A DNA stretch of 64,000 nt from positions 124,001 through 188,000 of IMG/VR virus record IMGVR_UViG_3300036770_003657. One strand, given 5' to 3'. Positions 50,350 to 60,028 of this stretch are shown here, in pieces. The first letter of the stretch is position 1, and the number at the start of each line of letters is the position of its first letter. The position numbers and the translations under genes are program-made. The notes under the pieces were generated by a model, which saw only the letters and a list, made by a program, of their open reading frames with translations, was not told the DNA's origin and did not search any database.

Positions 50350-51271
50350 AAAAATAAAGCTAATTGATTGTGATTTAATTTATTTAAGTTACGATGAACC
50401 AAACAAAGAACGCAATTATGCTGATTTGAAGAAAAAATTTCCTTGGGCTAAACGTGTAGATGGGGTGCATGGTAGCGATAGTGCTCATAAGGCCTGTGCT
50501 AGACTGGCTGAAACTGATCGTGTAACTATTATTGATGGTGATAATATCGTTAAACCTGAGCTAATGAATCAAGTTATTGAGTTAATTGATACGGCAGATA
50601 CTAGCATATGTGTTTTAAGTTTTCCTGCACAAAATATTATCAATGGTTTAATATATGGCAACGGTAGTATTAAAAATTGGCCTACACAGTTAGTGTTAGA
50701 TATGCGTACGCATGAAAATGCAGATCCCTCTAATGATAAAACACAGGTAGATTTTTGTTGGGAAATAAAATATCTTCAAATGAATAATTGGATGAGTTGG
50801 GTTCATAATAATTCTAGTCCACATCAAGCATGGAGAGCAGGATTTCGTGAAGGTGTTAAAATGAGCTTGTTAGAAGGATCCAAACCTAGTTTAGATAAAC
50901 CATTTGATAAACAGGTACATTGGAAAAACTATCATAGACTACTAGCTTGGATGAACGTAGGTAGTGATGCAGATAATGGACTATGGGCAATTTACGGGGC
51001 AAGGCTAGGATGTTATATGACCTTGCTAACAGATTGGGATCATTTAAATGTTAGGACCTTTAGTTATCTCAATGATTTATATGCTAGAATTCAACCTTCA
51101 AGTACTGAAGCATTAATATTAGAAATTAGTAGATTGGGAAAGGAGCTTAAGGAAGGTCTTGGTATTCTTACAGGTCCAAGTTTTTTAGATGTAGATCAAT
51201 CTAAATATTTTAAGTCTGTATACACTAATCCACCAAGGCTTAAAAGTGATTGGATAGTAGAAAATGTATGA
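50342..51271 (+). CDS. Putative glycosyltransferase-like protein (DGD motif)
   Basis: LSYDEPN..RVDGVHG..AHKACA..IIDGDN..YGNGSIK..AWRAGFREGVK. Confidence 0.5.
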   Translation: MSKKIKLIDCDLIYLSYDEPNKERNYADLKKKFPWAKRVDGVHGSDSAHKACARLAETDRVTIIDGDNIVKPELMNQVIELIDTADTSICVLSFPAQNIINGLIYGNGSIKNWPTQLVLDMRTHENADPSNDKTQVDFCWEIKYLQMNNWMSWVHNNSSPHQAWRAGFREGVKMSLLEGSKPSLDKPFDKQVHWKNYHRLLAWMNVGSDADNGLWAIYGARLGCYMTLLTDWDHLNVRTFSYLNDLYARIQPSSTEALILEISRLGKELKEGLGILTGPSFLDVDQSKYFKSVYTNPPRLKSDWIVENV

Positions 51272-51959
51272 TATGGTCTTCATAAGTTACTCGGAGCCAA
51301 ATGCAGAAGATAATTGGACAAAATTAAAAACAAGGTTTTCTCTAGCAAAACGTGTTCATGGAGTAAAAGGTATACATCAAGCTCATATATTTGCTGCTAA
51401 AAAAGCGTTAACAAATATGTTTTGGGTTATTGATGGTGATGCTGAAATATTAGACACTTTTGATTTTAATTTTAGAATAAAGCAATATGATACCGTTTAT
51501 GTTTGGCGTAGTCTAAATCCTATTAACGACTTAGAATATGGAAATGGCGGAGTAAAGTTATTACCTAGAACAATGACAATAAATATGGATACTAGTAAAC
51601 CAGATATGACTACTAGTATAAGCAATAAATTTGTTCCTATGCATCAAGTTAGTAATATAACACGATTTAATACAGATGAGTTTAATACATGGAAAAGTGC
51701 TTTTAGAGAATGTGCTAAATTAGCAAGTAAGATTATTGACAGACAAAAAGTAGCTGAAACTGAATATAGATTAGATACTTGGTGTAAAATAGGTAAAGAT
51801 AGAACATATGGCATTTATGCATTGGAAGGTGCTATTCAAGGTAAAGCCTATGGGTTGGAATGCATGTCCAATAAAAGTAATTTATCCTTAATTAACGATT
51901 TTGAATGGCTTCGATCAAGATTTAATTTATATTATGAAACAGAACGAATCAAGCAGTGA
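51264..51959 (+). CDS. Putative glycosyltransferase-like protein, paralogue of the upstream gene
   Basis: ISYSEPN..RVHGVKG..AHIFAA..VIDGDA..YGNGGVK..TWKSAFRECAK. Confidence 0.5.
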   Translation: MYDMVFISYSEPNAEDNWTKLKTRFSLAKRVHGVKGIHQAHIFAAKKALTNMFWVIDGDAEILDTFDFNFRIKQYDTVYVWRSLNPINDLEYGNGGVKLLPRTMTINMDTSKPDMTTSISNKFVPMHQVSNITRFNTDEFNTWKSAFRECAKLASKIIDRQKVAETEYRLDTWCKIGKDRTYGIYALEGAIQGKAYGLECMSNKSNLSLINDFEWLRSRFNLYYETERIKQ

Positions 51960-52872
51960 AATAGATTGTTTTTATGGTTTAGAAGAATACTACAAATATA
52001 TTAGGAGATATAATATTAGTAGCTTCATACATGAATTAATTAATCTTACAATATTAGAAGATCCGTATCCGACTTTAAAAAGATTATTAGTTCAAGCTCA
52101 TAATCTTAAAAGTGAAGAATGGGTATATACAAAAAGTGTAACATTTTTTTTAAAATTATTAAAAAAAGAGTATTCACTAGTCGATTTGGCTAGTGTAGCA
52201 AGAAATTACTTTGAAAATGAAAAACTGTTTAGAATTATTCATGCTTATGAACGTAGTGGGAATGATTTACAAGGAATTGCAGATGGATTGAGTAGAGGTC
52301 AAGTCAAAAGTAAAATTTGGCTGATTAAGGAACTTATTCCTATTAAAAAACATTTTGATAATATACTAGTATTAGCTGGATGGTTTGGACAATTTAAGAT
52401 GTTATACGCTAACAGATGTACATATAAAAAAATGCGTATCATTGATATTGATAAAAATAATTGTAAAATTGGTGATGAAATATTTAATAATCAAGATTTA
52501 CAAGATTATAAAGTTAAAAGTATATGCGGTGATATCAATAATTTAGTATGTCATAAAAATGGGTATGAATTTGAGATAGAAAATTTTAAAACAGAGTCTT
52601 CATATAAGGAAAAATATCTTCCTAACTTAATTATTAATACAAGTTCTGAACATATGACTGAGGAATGGTTTTTTCAACTTAAATCTAAAAAGCTAGAAAG
52701 TAACCCACTAGTAGCTATACAGAGTAATAACTTATTTGATATTCCAGAACATATTAATTGTGTTTATAGTATTAATCATATGAAGAAAAAATTTCCTATG
52801 ACAGAGATATTATTTGAGGGAGAGCTTCAGTTAAAGGGATATAAGCGAGTAATGTTAATAGGAAGACCATGA
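51934..52872 (+). CDS. Class I SAM-dependent methyltransferase-like protein
   Basis: SRGQVKSKIWL..ILVLAGWFG (motif I-like), IIDID (motif II), LIINTSSEH. Start moved from the TTG at 51901 to the ATG at 51934. Confidence 0.6.
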   Translation: MKQNESSSEIDCFYGLEEYYKYIRRYNISSFIHELINLTILEDPYPTLKRLLVQAHNLKSEEWVYTKSVTFFLKLLKKEYSLVDLASVARNYFENEKLFRIIHAYERSGNDLQGIADGLSRGQVKSKIWLIKELIPIKKHFDNILVLAGWFGQFKMLYANRCTYKKMRIIDIDKNNCKIGDEIFNNQDLQDYKVKSICGDINNLVCHKNGYEFEIENFKTESSYKEKYLPNLIINTSSEHMTEEWFFQLKSKKLESNPLVAIQSNNLFDIPEHINCVYSINHMKKKFPMTEILFEGELQLKGYKRVMLIGRP

Positions 52873-53093
52873 TAGATTTAGATAAATTAGAACTGCGTGA
52901 TTTACAAAAGGAATCAGCTAGGGCATTGAGTGTTATGGAAGCTACCAATAATAATATATATAAATACAATATACAAGCTTATCATAACAGTCAAAATTGG
53001 TATAAAGCTGTAATAAAGGATTATATAAACCAATATGGAGATTTACCAAGTAAAACTGGACCTGCTAATTCAATAATACTTATTTTAGACTAA
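52869..53093 (+). CDS. Small hypothetical protein (74 aa)
   Basis: ATGA and TAATG coupling to both neighbours. Confidence 0.65.
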   Translation: MIDLDKLELRDLQKESARALSVMEATNNNIYKYNIQAYHNSQNWYKAVIKDYINQYGDLPSKTGPANSIILILD

Positions 53094-54268
53094 TGCTTTA
53101 TACATATCAAGAAATAAAAACAGTTCATCTAGAAATTACAGATTCTTGTAATGCTGCTTGTCCTATGTGTGCAAGGAATATTAATGGCGGAGAGGATAAT
53201 CCCCAGATGCCTAACACTGAACTAAGTATAAATGATATTAAAAAAATTTTTAAACCTATATTTATTAAACAACTTGAAAGAATATATATGTGCGGTAATT
53301 ATGGAGACCCAATTGCCGCTAAGGATACACTAGAAGTATTTGAATATTTTAGGCAGCATAATGAAAAGATTATGCTTAGTATGCATACCAATGGTAGTGC
53401 AAAAAAATCAGAATGGTGGACAAAGTTAGCTAAGGTATTAGGTCGTAAGGGATATGTTGTTTTTAGCATAGATGGCTTGGAAGATACTAATCATTTGTAT
53501 AGACAAAATACAATATGGTCTAAAATTATGGAAAATGCACAAGCGTTTATTAACGCAGGTGGTCGTGCTAGGTGGGACTATATTGTATTTGCTCATAATG
53601 AGCATCAAGTAGAACAAGCAGAGTTATTGGCTAAAGAAATGGGATTTGAACGTTTTCAATATAAAAAGTCTGCTAGATTTTTCAGTAATGTAGCAGGAAC
53701 AACTAAAGAAATGCATCAAGCTAGTAATCGTAAAGGTATGCAAACTGCTTTGCTTCAAATACCTTCTAGTCCTAAATATAGAAATGCTGCTTTAGATAAA
53801 ATGTCAGAAGTTGCAAAGGATAATACGGAAAAAATTAATTTCCTACCATCAAGAGTTAAAGATATTGAAGGAACATTAACTAAACAATATTTTAGTAAAG
53901 ATTCTAGTAAAAAAAAGCCAATGGAAAAAGAATGGGATAATGTTCCTATTAAGTGCAAAGTGTCAGAGGAAAAAAGTCTTTATATTTCAGCAGAAGGAAT
54001 AGTGCAACCATGTTGTTGGACAGCTGGCCAAATGTATCTTTGGTATTATGAACCTGAAGGGGGACAAATTTGGGATTATATTAAACAAGTAGGAAAAGAA
54101 AACCTTTCTGCGATACATTACGATTTAGAATCTATTGTAAATGGTAAATACATGCAAGAACTAATACCTAATAGCTGGAGTAAGCCTAGCTGTGCAGATG
54201 GTAAATTAGCTGTTTGTGCTAAGATATGTGGTACAAAATTTGACGCTTTTGCAGAACAATTTAAATGA
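53093..54268 (+). CDS. Radical SAM protein with C-terminal twitch/SPASM-like domain
   Basis: CNAACPMC; C-terminal IKC..SLYISAEGIVQPCCW..C..C...C. Confidence 0.9.
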   Translation: MLYTYQEIKTVHLEITDSCNAACPMCARNINGGEDNPQMPNTELSINDIKKIFKPIFIKQLERIYMCGNYGDPIAAKDTLEVFEYFRQHNEKIMLSMHTNGSAKKSEWWTKLAKVLGRKGYVVFSIDGLEDTNHLYRQNTIWSKIMENAQAFINAGGRARWDYIVFAHNEHQVEQAELLAKEMGFERFQYKKSARFFSNVAGTTKEMHQASNRKGMQTALLQIPSSPKYRNAALDKMSEVAKDNTEKINFLPSRVKDIEGTLTKQYFSKDSSKKKPMEKEWDNVPIKCKVSEEKSLYISAEGIVQPCCWTAGQMYLWYYEPEGGQIWDYIKQVGKENLSAIHYDLESIVNGKYMQELIPNSWSKPSCADGKLAVCAKICGTKFDAFAEQFK

Positions 54269-55251
54269 AACCTATAGCTATAAATTATGTTGATACTAGA
54301 AGGTATGATACAGTATATATAGATTGGACGTTGGGTAATTTTTGCAATTTTAAATGTAGTTATTGTCCAGATAATTTGCATAATAATTCAAATCCTATGG
54401 TAGAAATTGAAAAGGTAAAAAAATTTGTTAAACTAATGTTTGGTCATTATGCAAAACATCTGAATAAAAAATATTTTGTGTTTAATTTAATGGGCGGTGA
54501 ACCAACACTTTGGAAAAGTATAGAACCATTTATCATATGGGTTAAAGAGTATAGTAAAGATTTAGGAATAGTTTCATATATTGAAGTATTAACAAACGCT
54601 AGTAGAACTTTACGTTGGTGGAATGACTATGTAAAATATTTTGACTTTATAAAAATTACTCATCATACTGAATTCGCTAACCCTATTCATACGAGAACAG
54701 TTGCTGATCTTGCTATAGATAATGGAATAAACGCTACAGTGCAAGTTACTATGATACCTGCATTATGGAATAATTGTATAGAACATTTAGATCAAATTAA
54801 ACAAAGTAAACATGAATTCCAAATTGATGTAAAACCTTTACGTTTAGATTTCGGACCTCATCTATACGATTACACATCAGACCAACTTGCTTTCTTTAAA
54901 AAACTATATAGAAAAAATAACATTAAAAGTAGATTGTCAGGATCAATTGGAATGGGAAGTAAATTTTTATTTCCTGATAATACAGAAAAGCAAATTAGGT
55001 ATCAAGACTTGATTTCTAATAAAGAAAACTCTTGGGTAGACTGGAAATGTTGGGCAGGTTTAGATATACTTACTATAAGATCAGATGGATCTCTTAGAAT
55101 GGGAGGTGCTTGTCTAATGAAAGATAATGGGTTTTTTGATAAAAAAATTACAGATGATGATATTGTATTTAGAATTGACCCTATAATTTGTAAACAACAA
55201 TGGTGTAGTTGCTCACCTGATATGGAAACAAGGAAAGAAAATGTTAGATAA
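54265..55251 (+). CDS. Radical SAM protein with C-terminal Cys cluster
   Basis: CNFKCSYC, MGGEPT; WKCWAG..IRSDG..GGAC..ICKQQWCSC. Confidence 0.9.
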   Translation: MKPIAINYVDTRRYDTVYIDWTLGNFCNFKCSYCPDNLHNNSNPMVEIEKVKKFVKLMFGHYAKHLNKKYFVFNLMGGEPTLWKSIEPFIIWVKEYSKDLGIVSYIEVLTNASRTLRWWNDYVKYFDFIKITHHTEFANPIHTRTVADLAIDNGINATVQVTMIPALWNNCIEHLDQIKQSKHEFQIDVKPLRLDFGPHLYDYTSDQLAFFKKLYRKNNIKSRLSGSIGMGSKFLFPDNTEKQIRYQDLISNKENSWVDWKCWAGLDILTIRSDGSLRMGGACLMKDNGFFDKKITDDDIVFRIDPIICKQQWCSCSPDMETRKENVR

Positions 55252-56413
55252 TACAGTAATCTGTATGGTTCCATTTAGAGAATTACACATTAACAATAAT
55301 GGAAAATATAGAAATTGTTGTATACAACAAAATACAATGGGTAAAATTAATTTAAAAGTTAAGGATCCTAATTTGTGGTTTCAAATGCAACAAGACATGG
55401 TTGAGCTAAGAGCTGATTTAGAGCAAAATAAACGTCACTTAAATTGTATTAAATGCTGGAAATTAGAGGATGAAGGGCTATCATCTTATAGAATGAATTG
55501 GAATAATCAATACATATCTAATGGAGATACAGATCTTATACCTAGAATAGAAGTAATTGATTTAAGATTGGGTAATAGATGTAATCTTAAATGCAAAATG
55601 TGTAACTCAACTTGGAGTAATTTGATTTCTTCAGAAGTAGAAGAATTAAAAAAAATAGGAATTGATAATACTTATACTCAAATGCCAGTAATTGGTATAG
55701 TTAAACAATCTGATGATTTTATGGATGGATTATTTAACTTTATAAAACGCACTCCTACCATTAAAGAAATTAAGTTGGCAGGCGGTGAACCTTTTGTCAT
55801 GTCAGAAGTAGAGGAATTTATTCATAGGTTAGTTAAAGAAAATTTGACCAATTTTGAAATTAGTTTACTTACTAATGTGACTATTGTAAAAGATAGAATA
55901 ATAGAGGATTTAGAAAAATTTAAGAGCACTCATATACAATGTAGCATTGATGGTATTGGAAAATATTTAGAATATCAGCGAAGTCCTTCTAAATGGGAAG
56001 TAATTAGTAGAAATTTTGAAAGATTATATAATTCAAAGTTAACAGTAAATTTAACACCTTGCTGGAGTAATTTAAATATACTATCTGTAGCAGATTTTTT
56101 AGAATGGACTGCTAATTTCCCCAAAAGTCATGTTGCATACAACGAAGTAAATAAACCATCATACCTTGATTGGAGATTAGTTCCTATAAAAGAAAGAAAT
56201 GAAGTTATTGATAAATTAAAAAAATTAAAATTACATACTAAAGTACATAGGGATTATACCAAATTAATCAATAAGTTTCAGTATGAAGTAAGAGATTATC
56301 TACAAGAAGAAATAATACAGTATTCTGATGCAATTATAGCATGGAATAGATTCGGTAAAGTACAATATCAAGAGTTATATCCTTGGAACTCAAGAATATT
56401 AAATAGCATATGA
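55241..56413 (+). CDS. Radical SAM protein with N-terminal twitch-like domain
   Basis: CMVPF..NGKYRNCC..CIKC precedes DLRLGNRCNLKCKMC; AGGEPF. Confidence 0.9.
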   Translation: MLDNTVICMVPFRELHINNNGKYRNCCIQQNTMGKINLKVKDPNLWFQMQQDMVELRADLEQNKRHLNCIKCWKLEDEGLSSYRMNWNNQYISNGDTDLIPRIEVIDLRLGNRCNLKCKMCNSTWSNLISSEVEELKKIGIDNTYTQMPVIGIVKQSDDFMDGLFNFIKRTPTIKEIKLAGGEPFVMSEVEEFIHRLVKENLTNFEISLLTNVTIVKDRIIEDLEKFKSTHIQCSIDGIGKYLEYQRSPSKWEVISRNFERLYNSKLTVNLTPCWSNLNILSVADFLEWTANFPKSHVAYNEVNKPSYLDWRLVPIKERNEVIDKLKKLKLHTKVHRDYTKLINKFQYEVRDYLQEEIIQYSDAIIAWNRFGKVQYQELYPWNSRILNSI

Positions 56414-57813
56414 ATAATTCATACCCTTCAAAGACTTGGTGTATACTTCCCTGGGTGCATTTAAGTACAAGACCAGATGGTAGTATGCGTGTTTGTTGTA
56501 CAGCCAATGCAAGTGGTGTAGGACCTAGTAATGATTTTAAAATAGGTGGTCCACAAGTTGGTGTTTTAAAAGATGATCAAGGGTTACCTAGTAATTTAAA
56601 CATATTAGACTTTAAAAGTGCTTGGAATAGTACTTATATGAAAAATGTACGAAAGCAAATGCTAGCGGGTGAAAAGCCTGCTAGTTGTTTAAAATGTTAT
56701 AAAGAAGAAGATGCTGGTCATAATAGCAAAAGAATGTGGGAAACTGAATACTGGAAGCAAAGAGTTAGTATAGATAAATTAATAGAAAATACTGAAGACG
56801 ATGGATCTGTTCCACCTGAGTTAACTTATATAGATTTAAGATTTGGAACTAAATGTCAATTAGCTTGTATTATGTGCAGTCCACATGATAGTTCAGGATG
56901 GATTAAGGATTGGCAAACTGTTTATCCTACATTAGAAAATCAAGGTGTAAAAAAGATTTGGCAATGGGATAATAAAGGTAGTATTAATGGCAGTAGTTAT
57001 AACTGGCATAAAAATAATCCTGTATTTTGGAAACAGTTTTACGAACAAATACCGCACATGCAGCAGGTGTATTTTGCAGGGGGTGAACCTTTAATTATTG
57101 ATGAGCATTACGAAATACTTGAAGAAATTATAAGACAGGGCAAAGCCAAAGATATAGAAATTCGTTATAATAGTAACGGTGTAGAATGGAGGGATGATTT
57201 ATTTGACTTATGGAAACATTTTAAAATAGTGAGATATCATTATAGTGTAGATAGCATAAATTCAATGAATGAATATATCCGCTACCCAAGTAAATGGGAA
57301 AGGACATCTGAAGTATTTAAGATTTTAGATGAACAAACATCTGATAATGTTGAGGTTACTGTAGCCTGTGCAGTGCAAGCGTTAAATATATATTATATCC
57401 CTGATTTTTTACGTTGGAAATTAGAACAAAATTTTAAGAAAGTTAATATGTGGCCGTTAGGTGCTGGAGGAATAAACTATCACTTTGTGTACTGGCCTGC
57501 TTTTTTAAACGTAAAGGTTTTACCTAACTGGTTCAAAGACGAATGTGAAAGAAAATACAAAGAGTTTATACCTTGGTTTGAAAATAACTGGGAGTTATGT
57601 TTAGCTGAAAAAGATAGAGGTAAAGTTTCCAAAGATAAGTGGTTAACTAATTCCTATGGTATTAAACGACTTAGAGGAATGATAAGTTTTATGAAATCTG
57701 AAGATTGGAGTCAACGTTTACCAGAAATGAAAGACTATTTAGAAAAAATTGACAGACACAGAGATACTAGTTTTTATCAAATTTTTCCAGAAATGGCTAA
57801 AATTTTTACTTAG
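56410..57813 (+). CDS. Radical SAM protein with N-terminal twitch-like domain
   Basis: CILPW..DGSMRVCC..CLKC precedes DLRFGTKCQLACIMC; AGGEPL. Confidence 0.9.
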   Translation: MNNSYPSKTWCILPWVHLSTRPDGSMRVCCTANASGVGPSNDFKIGGPQVGVLKDDQGLPSNLNILDFKSAWNSTYMKNVRKQMLAGEKPASCLKCYKEEDAGHNSKRMWETEYWKQRVSIDKLIENTEDDGSVPPELTYIDLRFGTKCQLACIMCSPHDSSGWIKDWQTVYPTLENQGVKKIWQWDNKGSINGSSYNWHKNNPVFWKQFYEQIPHMQQVYFAGGEPLIIDEHYEILEEIIRQGKAKDIEIRYNSNGVEWRDDLFDLWKHFKIVRYHYSVDSINSMNEYIRYPSKWERTSEVFKILDEQTSDNVEVTVACAVQALNIYYIPDFLRWKLEQNFKKVNMWPLGAGGINYHFVYWPAFLNVKVLPNWFKDECERKYKEFIPWFENNWELCLAEKDRGKVSKDKWLTNSYGIKRLRGMISFMKSEDWSQRLPEMKDYLEKIDRHRDTSFYQIFPEMAKIFT

Positions 57814-57821
57814 GATAGTTT

Positions 57822-58829
57822 ATGTACGAATCTTTACACGGAGATCCAATAGTTTTTGCTAAAGTAGAAAAGGATTTAAGATTTCTTCATTCTAGATGGC
57901 AAAAAAGTGATACTTATGCTGAACCTCATGAAGGTTATATGATGCATTTAAGAAATCCTGATGTAGTAGACAATATAGCAAAAAACCTTGAACCTGCTAA
58001 GATGTTCACAGATGAACAAAGTTCTTTTAATCGAGATGAGTTATCTTGGCTTTATGGATTTGCTTTTAGTCAATGTTTGAATGTAAGGCATAATGCAAAT
58101 GGAACAATATTTTTGTCCGGTAATTTACATAAAATTGCCGAAAAGTTTATAGATAAGTTATCTAAAATTTTGCCAGGTTGTGAAAATAGTCCTAGTGTAG
58201 CAGGAAATTTTTTAATTACGCCTAGTCAATATGGTCTTCATACAGATAGTACTAGAGAGACAGATTGGATGGATAGTTTAAATAAAATTTCTGTAAATGA
58301 TTCAAGAAGAAGATATGTGCCATGGAGAAATATTCTAATACCAATATGGATAGGGGGAAACCCAGACACTGTAAGTCATGCTGTATTTTTTGATCAGCGT
58401 CATATAGATTTTGCTCATGTTTATCTTCATGGAAGACCTTACGCTAAGGATCCAGCAACTACATACCCTATTGTTTACAATCATTCTGATGTAGTTTTTC
58501 ATAATGAATTAGGAGAAATTATACCTAATGAGAGAAATCTTTTATCTTATGATAAAGAACATCATAAAAAATATTTGTATTATACACCATATAGCAGATT
58601 AACTGGGTTAACACCATCTTTAACTACAGAATGGATACCAGGTAAACCATTTGTTTTTGATGCATTTCAATTACATGCTACTAATAAAGGTACAGAAGTT
58701 GAATATGGGTATAAACATGTAAGTATAAACAAAGAAGGAAAGGAACTCTCATCAAGAATAGAATTTAAGCATAAAACATGGGACGTTAAAATGGGACTTC
58801 TATTAACTTTTTTACGTGAGGTAGTATGA
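57822..58829 (+). CDS. Putative 2OG-Fe(II) oxygenase-like protein
   Basis: HxD (GLHTDS) and distal His (FVFDAFQLHAT) in a DSBH-like spacing. Confidence 0.5.
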   Translation: MYESLHGDPIVFAKVEKDLRFLHSRWQKSDTYAEPHEGYMMHLRNPDVVDNIAKNLEPAKMFTDEQSSFNRDELSWLYGFAFSQCLNVRHNANGTIFLSGNLHKIAEKFIDKLSKILPGCENSPSVAGNFLITPSQYGLHTDSTRETDWMDSLNKISVNDSRRRYVPWRNILIPIWIGGNPDTVSHAVFFDQRHIDFAHVYLHGRPYAKDPATTYPIVYNHSDVVFHNELGEIIPNERNLLSYDKEHHKKYLYYTPYSRLTGLTPSLTTEWIPGKPFVFDAFQLHATNKGTEVEYGYKHVSINKEGKELSSRIEFKHKTWDVKMGLLLTFLREVV

Positions 58830-60028
58830 AATCTAAAACATTTTGTGTTATGCCTTGGAATAGTATTGCTACTAATGCTTCTGGAATTTATAGAGTTTGT
58901 TGCAATAGTACTCCTGGGAAAAACGTAATTAATGATGATAATGGACAACCAACAAAAATTTTTAAAAATAGTCCTAGCCAAATTTGGAACTCTTATACAT
59001 ATAAAAAAATAAGGGCAGAAATGTTATCTAATGTTCGTCCTGAAATGTGTGAAAGATGTTTTAAGGAAGAAGATTCTGGAATCGAATCTGCTAGAATGAA
59101 TTGGAATAAACGTTGGTATAACGAGTCAAAAAATTACGATGTGATAGAAAAAAATATGGACATTCAGTATATAGATTTAAGATTAGGAAATCTATGTAAC
59201 CTAAAATGTAGAATGTGCAATCCTTACAGTAGTAGCCAATGGGTAGATGAATGGAATCAGGTAGTCGATACTGCTGAACTTGTTCCTAATTTTAAAATTT
59301 CGGATGATGAGAGTGTACGTTTATCTAGCCTAGATTGGCCTACTCGTTCTAAAACTTGGGAAAATATTATAGAAATTGCAGATACTATAGAAGAGATATA
59401 TCTAACTGGTGGAGAACCAACTCTTGCTATAGAGCAATATAAACTATTTGAAATTTTGAAACAAAAAAAATTAACAAAGAAAATTAAGTTAAAATATAAT
59501 ACAAATTTAACAAATATCCCTAAAAAAATGATAGATTATTGGAGATATTTTAAGAAGATTCAAATTAATGCTAGTATAGATGCGTTTGCTGATTTAAATC
59601 GTTATATTAGGTTTCCTACTTCATGGGATATGGTAGACAAAAATATAGAAAAATTTGTAAATATGAAAAATGTTGAAGTACAGTTGCACTGTACTGTTCA
59701 AATGTATAATATATTAAAGCTTCATGAATTATTTGAATGGATGAAAAAGTTTCAATCTATAAAACTGTATTTAAATATTTTAAATCATCCAAGATCTATG
59801 AATATTAGAGTCCTACCAAAAGAACTTAAAATTATAGCAGAAGAAAATTTGCAAGATTATTTAGATCTTCCTAAGGTGGAGCAAGTGATAAAATATATGA
59901 ATGATAAGGATGAGAGTGAATTTTTAAATGAATTTTTTAATTACACAATAAAGTTAGACCAATTACGTAAACAAAATCTATTTAACTTGGTACCAGAACT
60001 AGAAAAATATTATGTTCGGAGCGAGTAA
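58826..60028 (+). CDS. Radical SAM protein with N-terminal twitch-like domain
   Basis: CVMPW..SGIYRVCC..CERC precedes DLRLGNLCNLKCRMC; TGGEPT. Confidence 0.9.
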   Translation: MKSKTFCVMPWNSIATNASGIYRVCCNSTPGKNVINDDNGQPTKIFKNSPSQIWNSYTYKKIRAEMLSNVRPEMCERCFKEEDSGIESARMNWNKRWYNESKNYDVIEKNMDIQYIDLRLGNLCNLKCRMCNPYSSSQWVDEWNQVVDTAELVPNFKISDDESVRLSSLDWPTRSKTWENIIEIADTIEEIYLTGGEPTLAIEQYKLFEILKQKKLTKKIKLKYNTNLTNIPKKMIDYWRYFKKIQINASIDAFADLNRYIRFPTSWDMVDKNIEKFVNMKNVEVQLHCTVQMYNILKLHELFEWMKKFQSIKLYLNILNHPRSMNIRVLPKELKIIAEENLQDYLDLPKVEQVIKYMNDKDESEFLNEFFNYTIKLDQLRKQNLFNLVPELEKYYVRSE

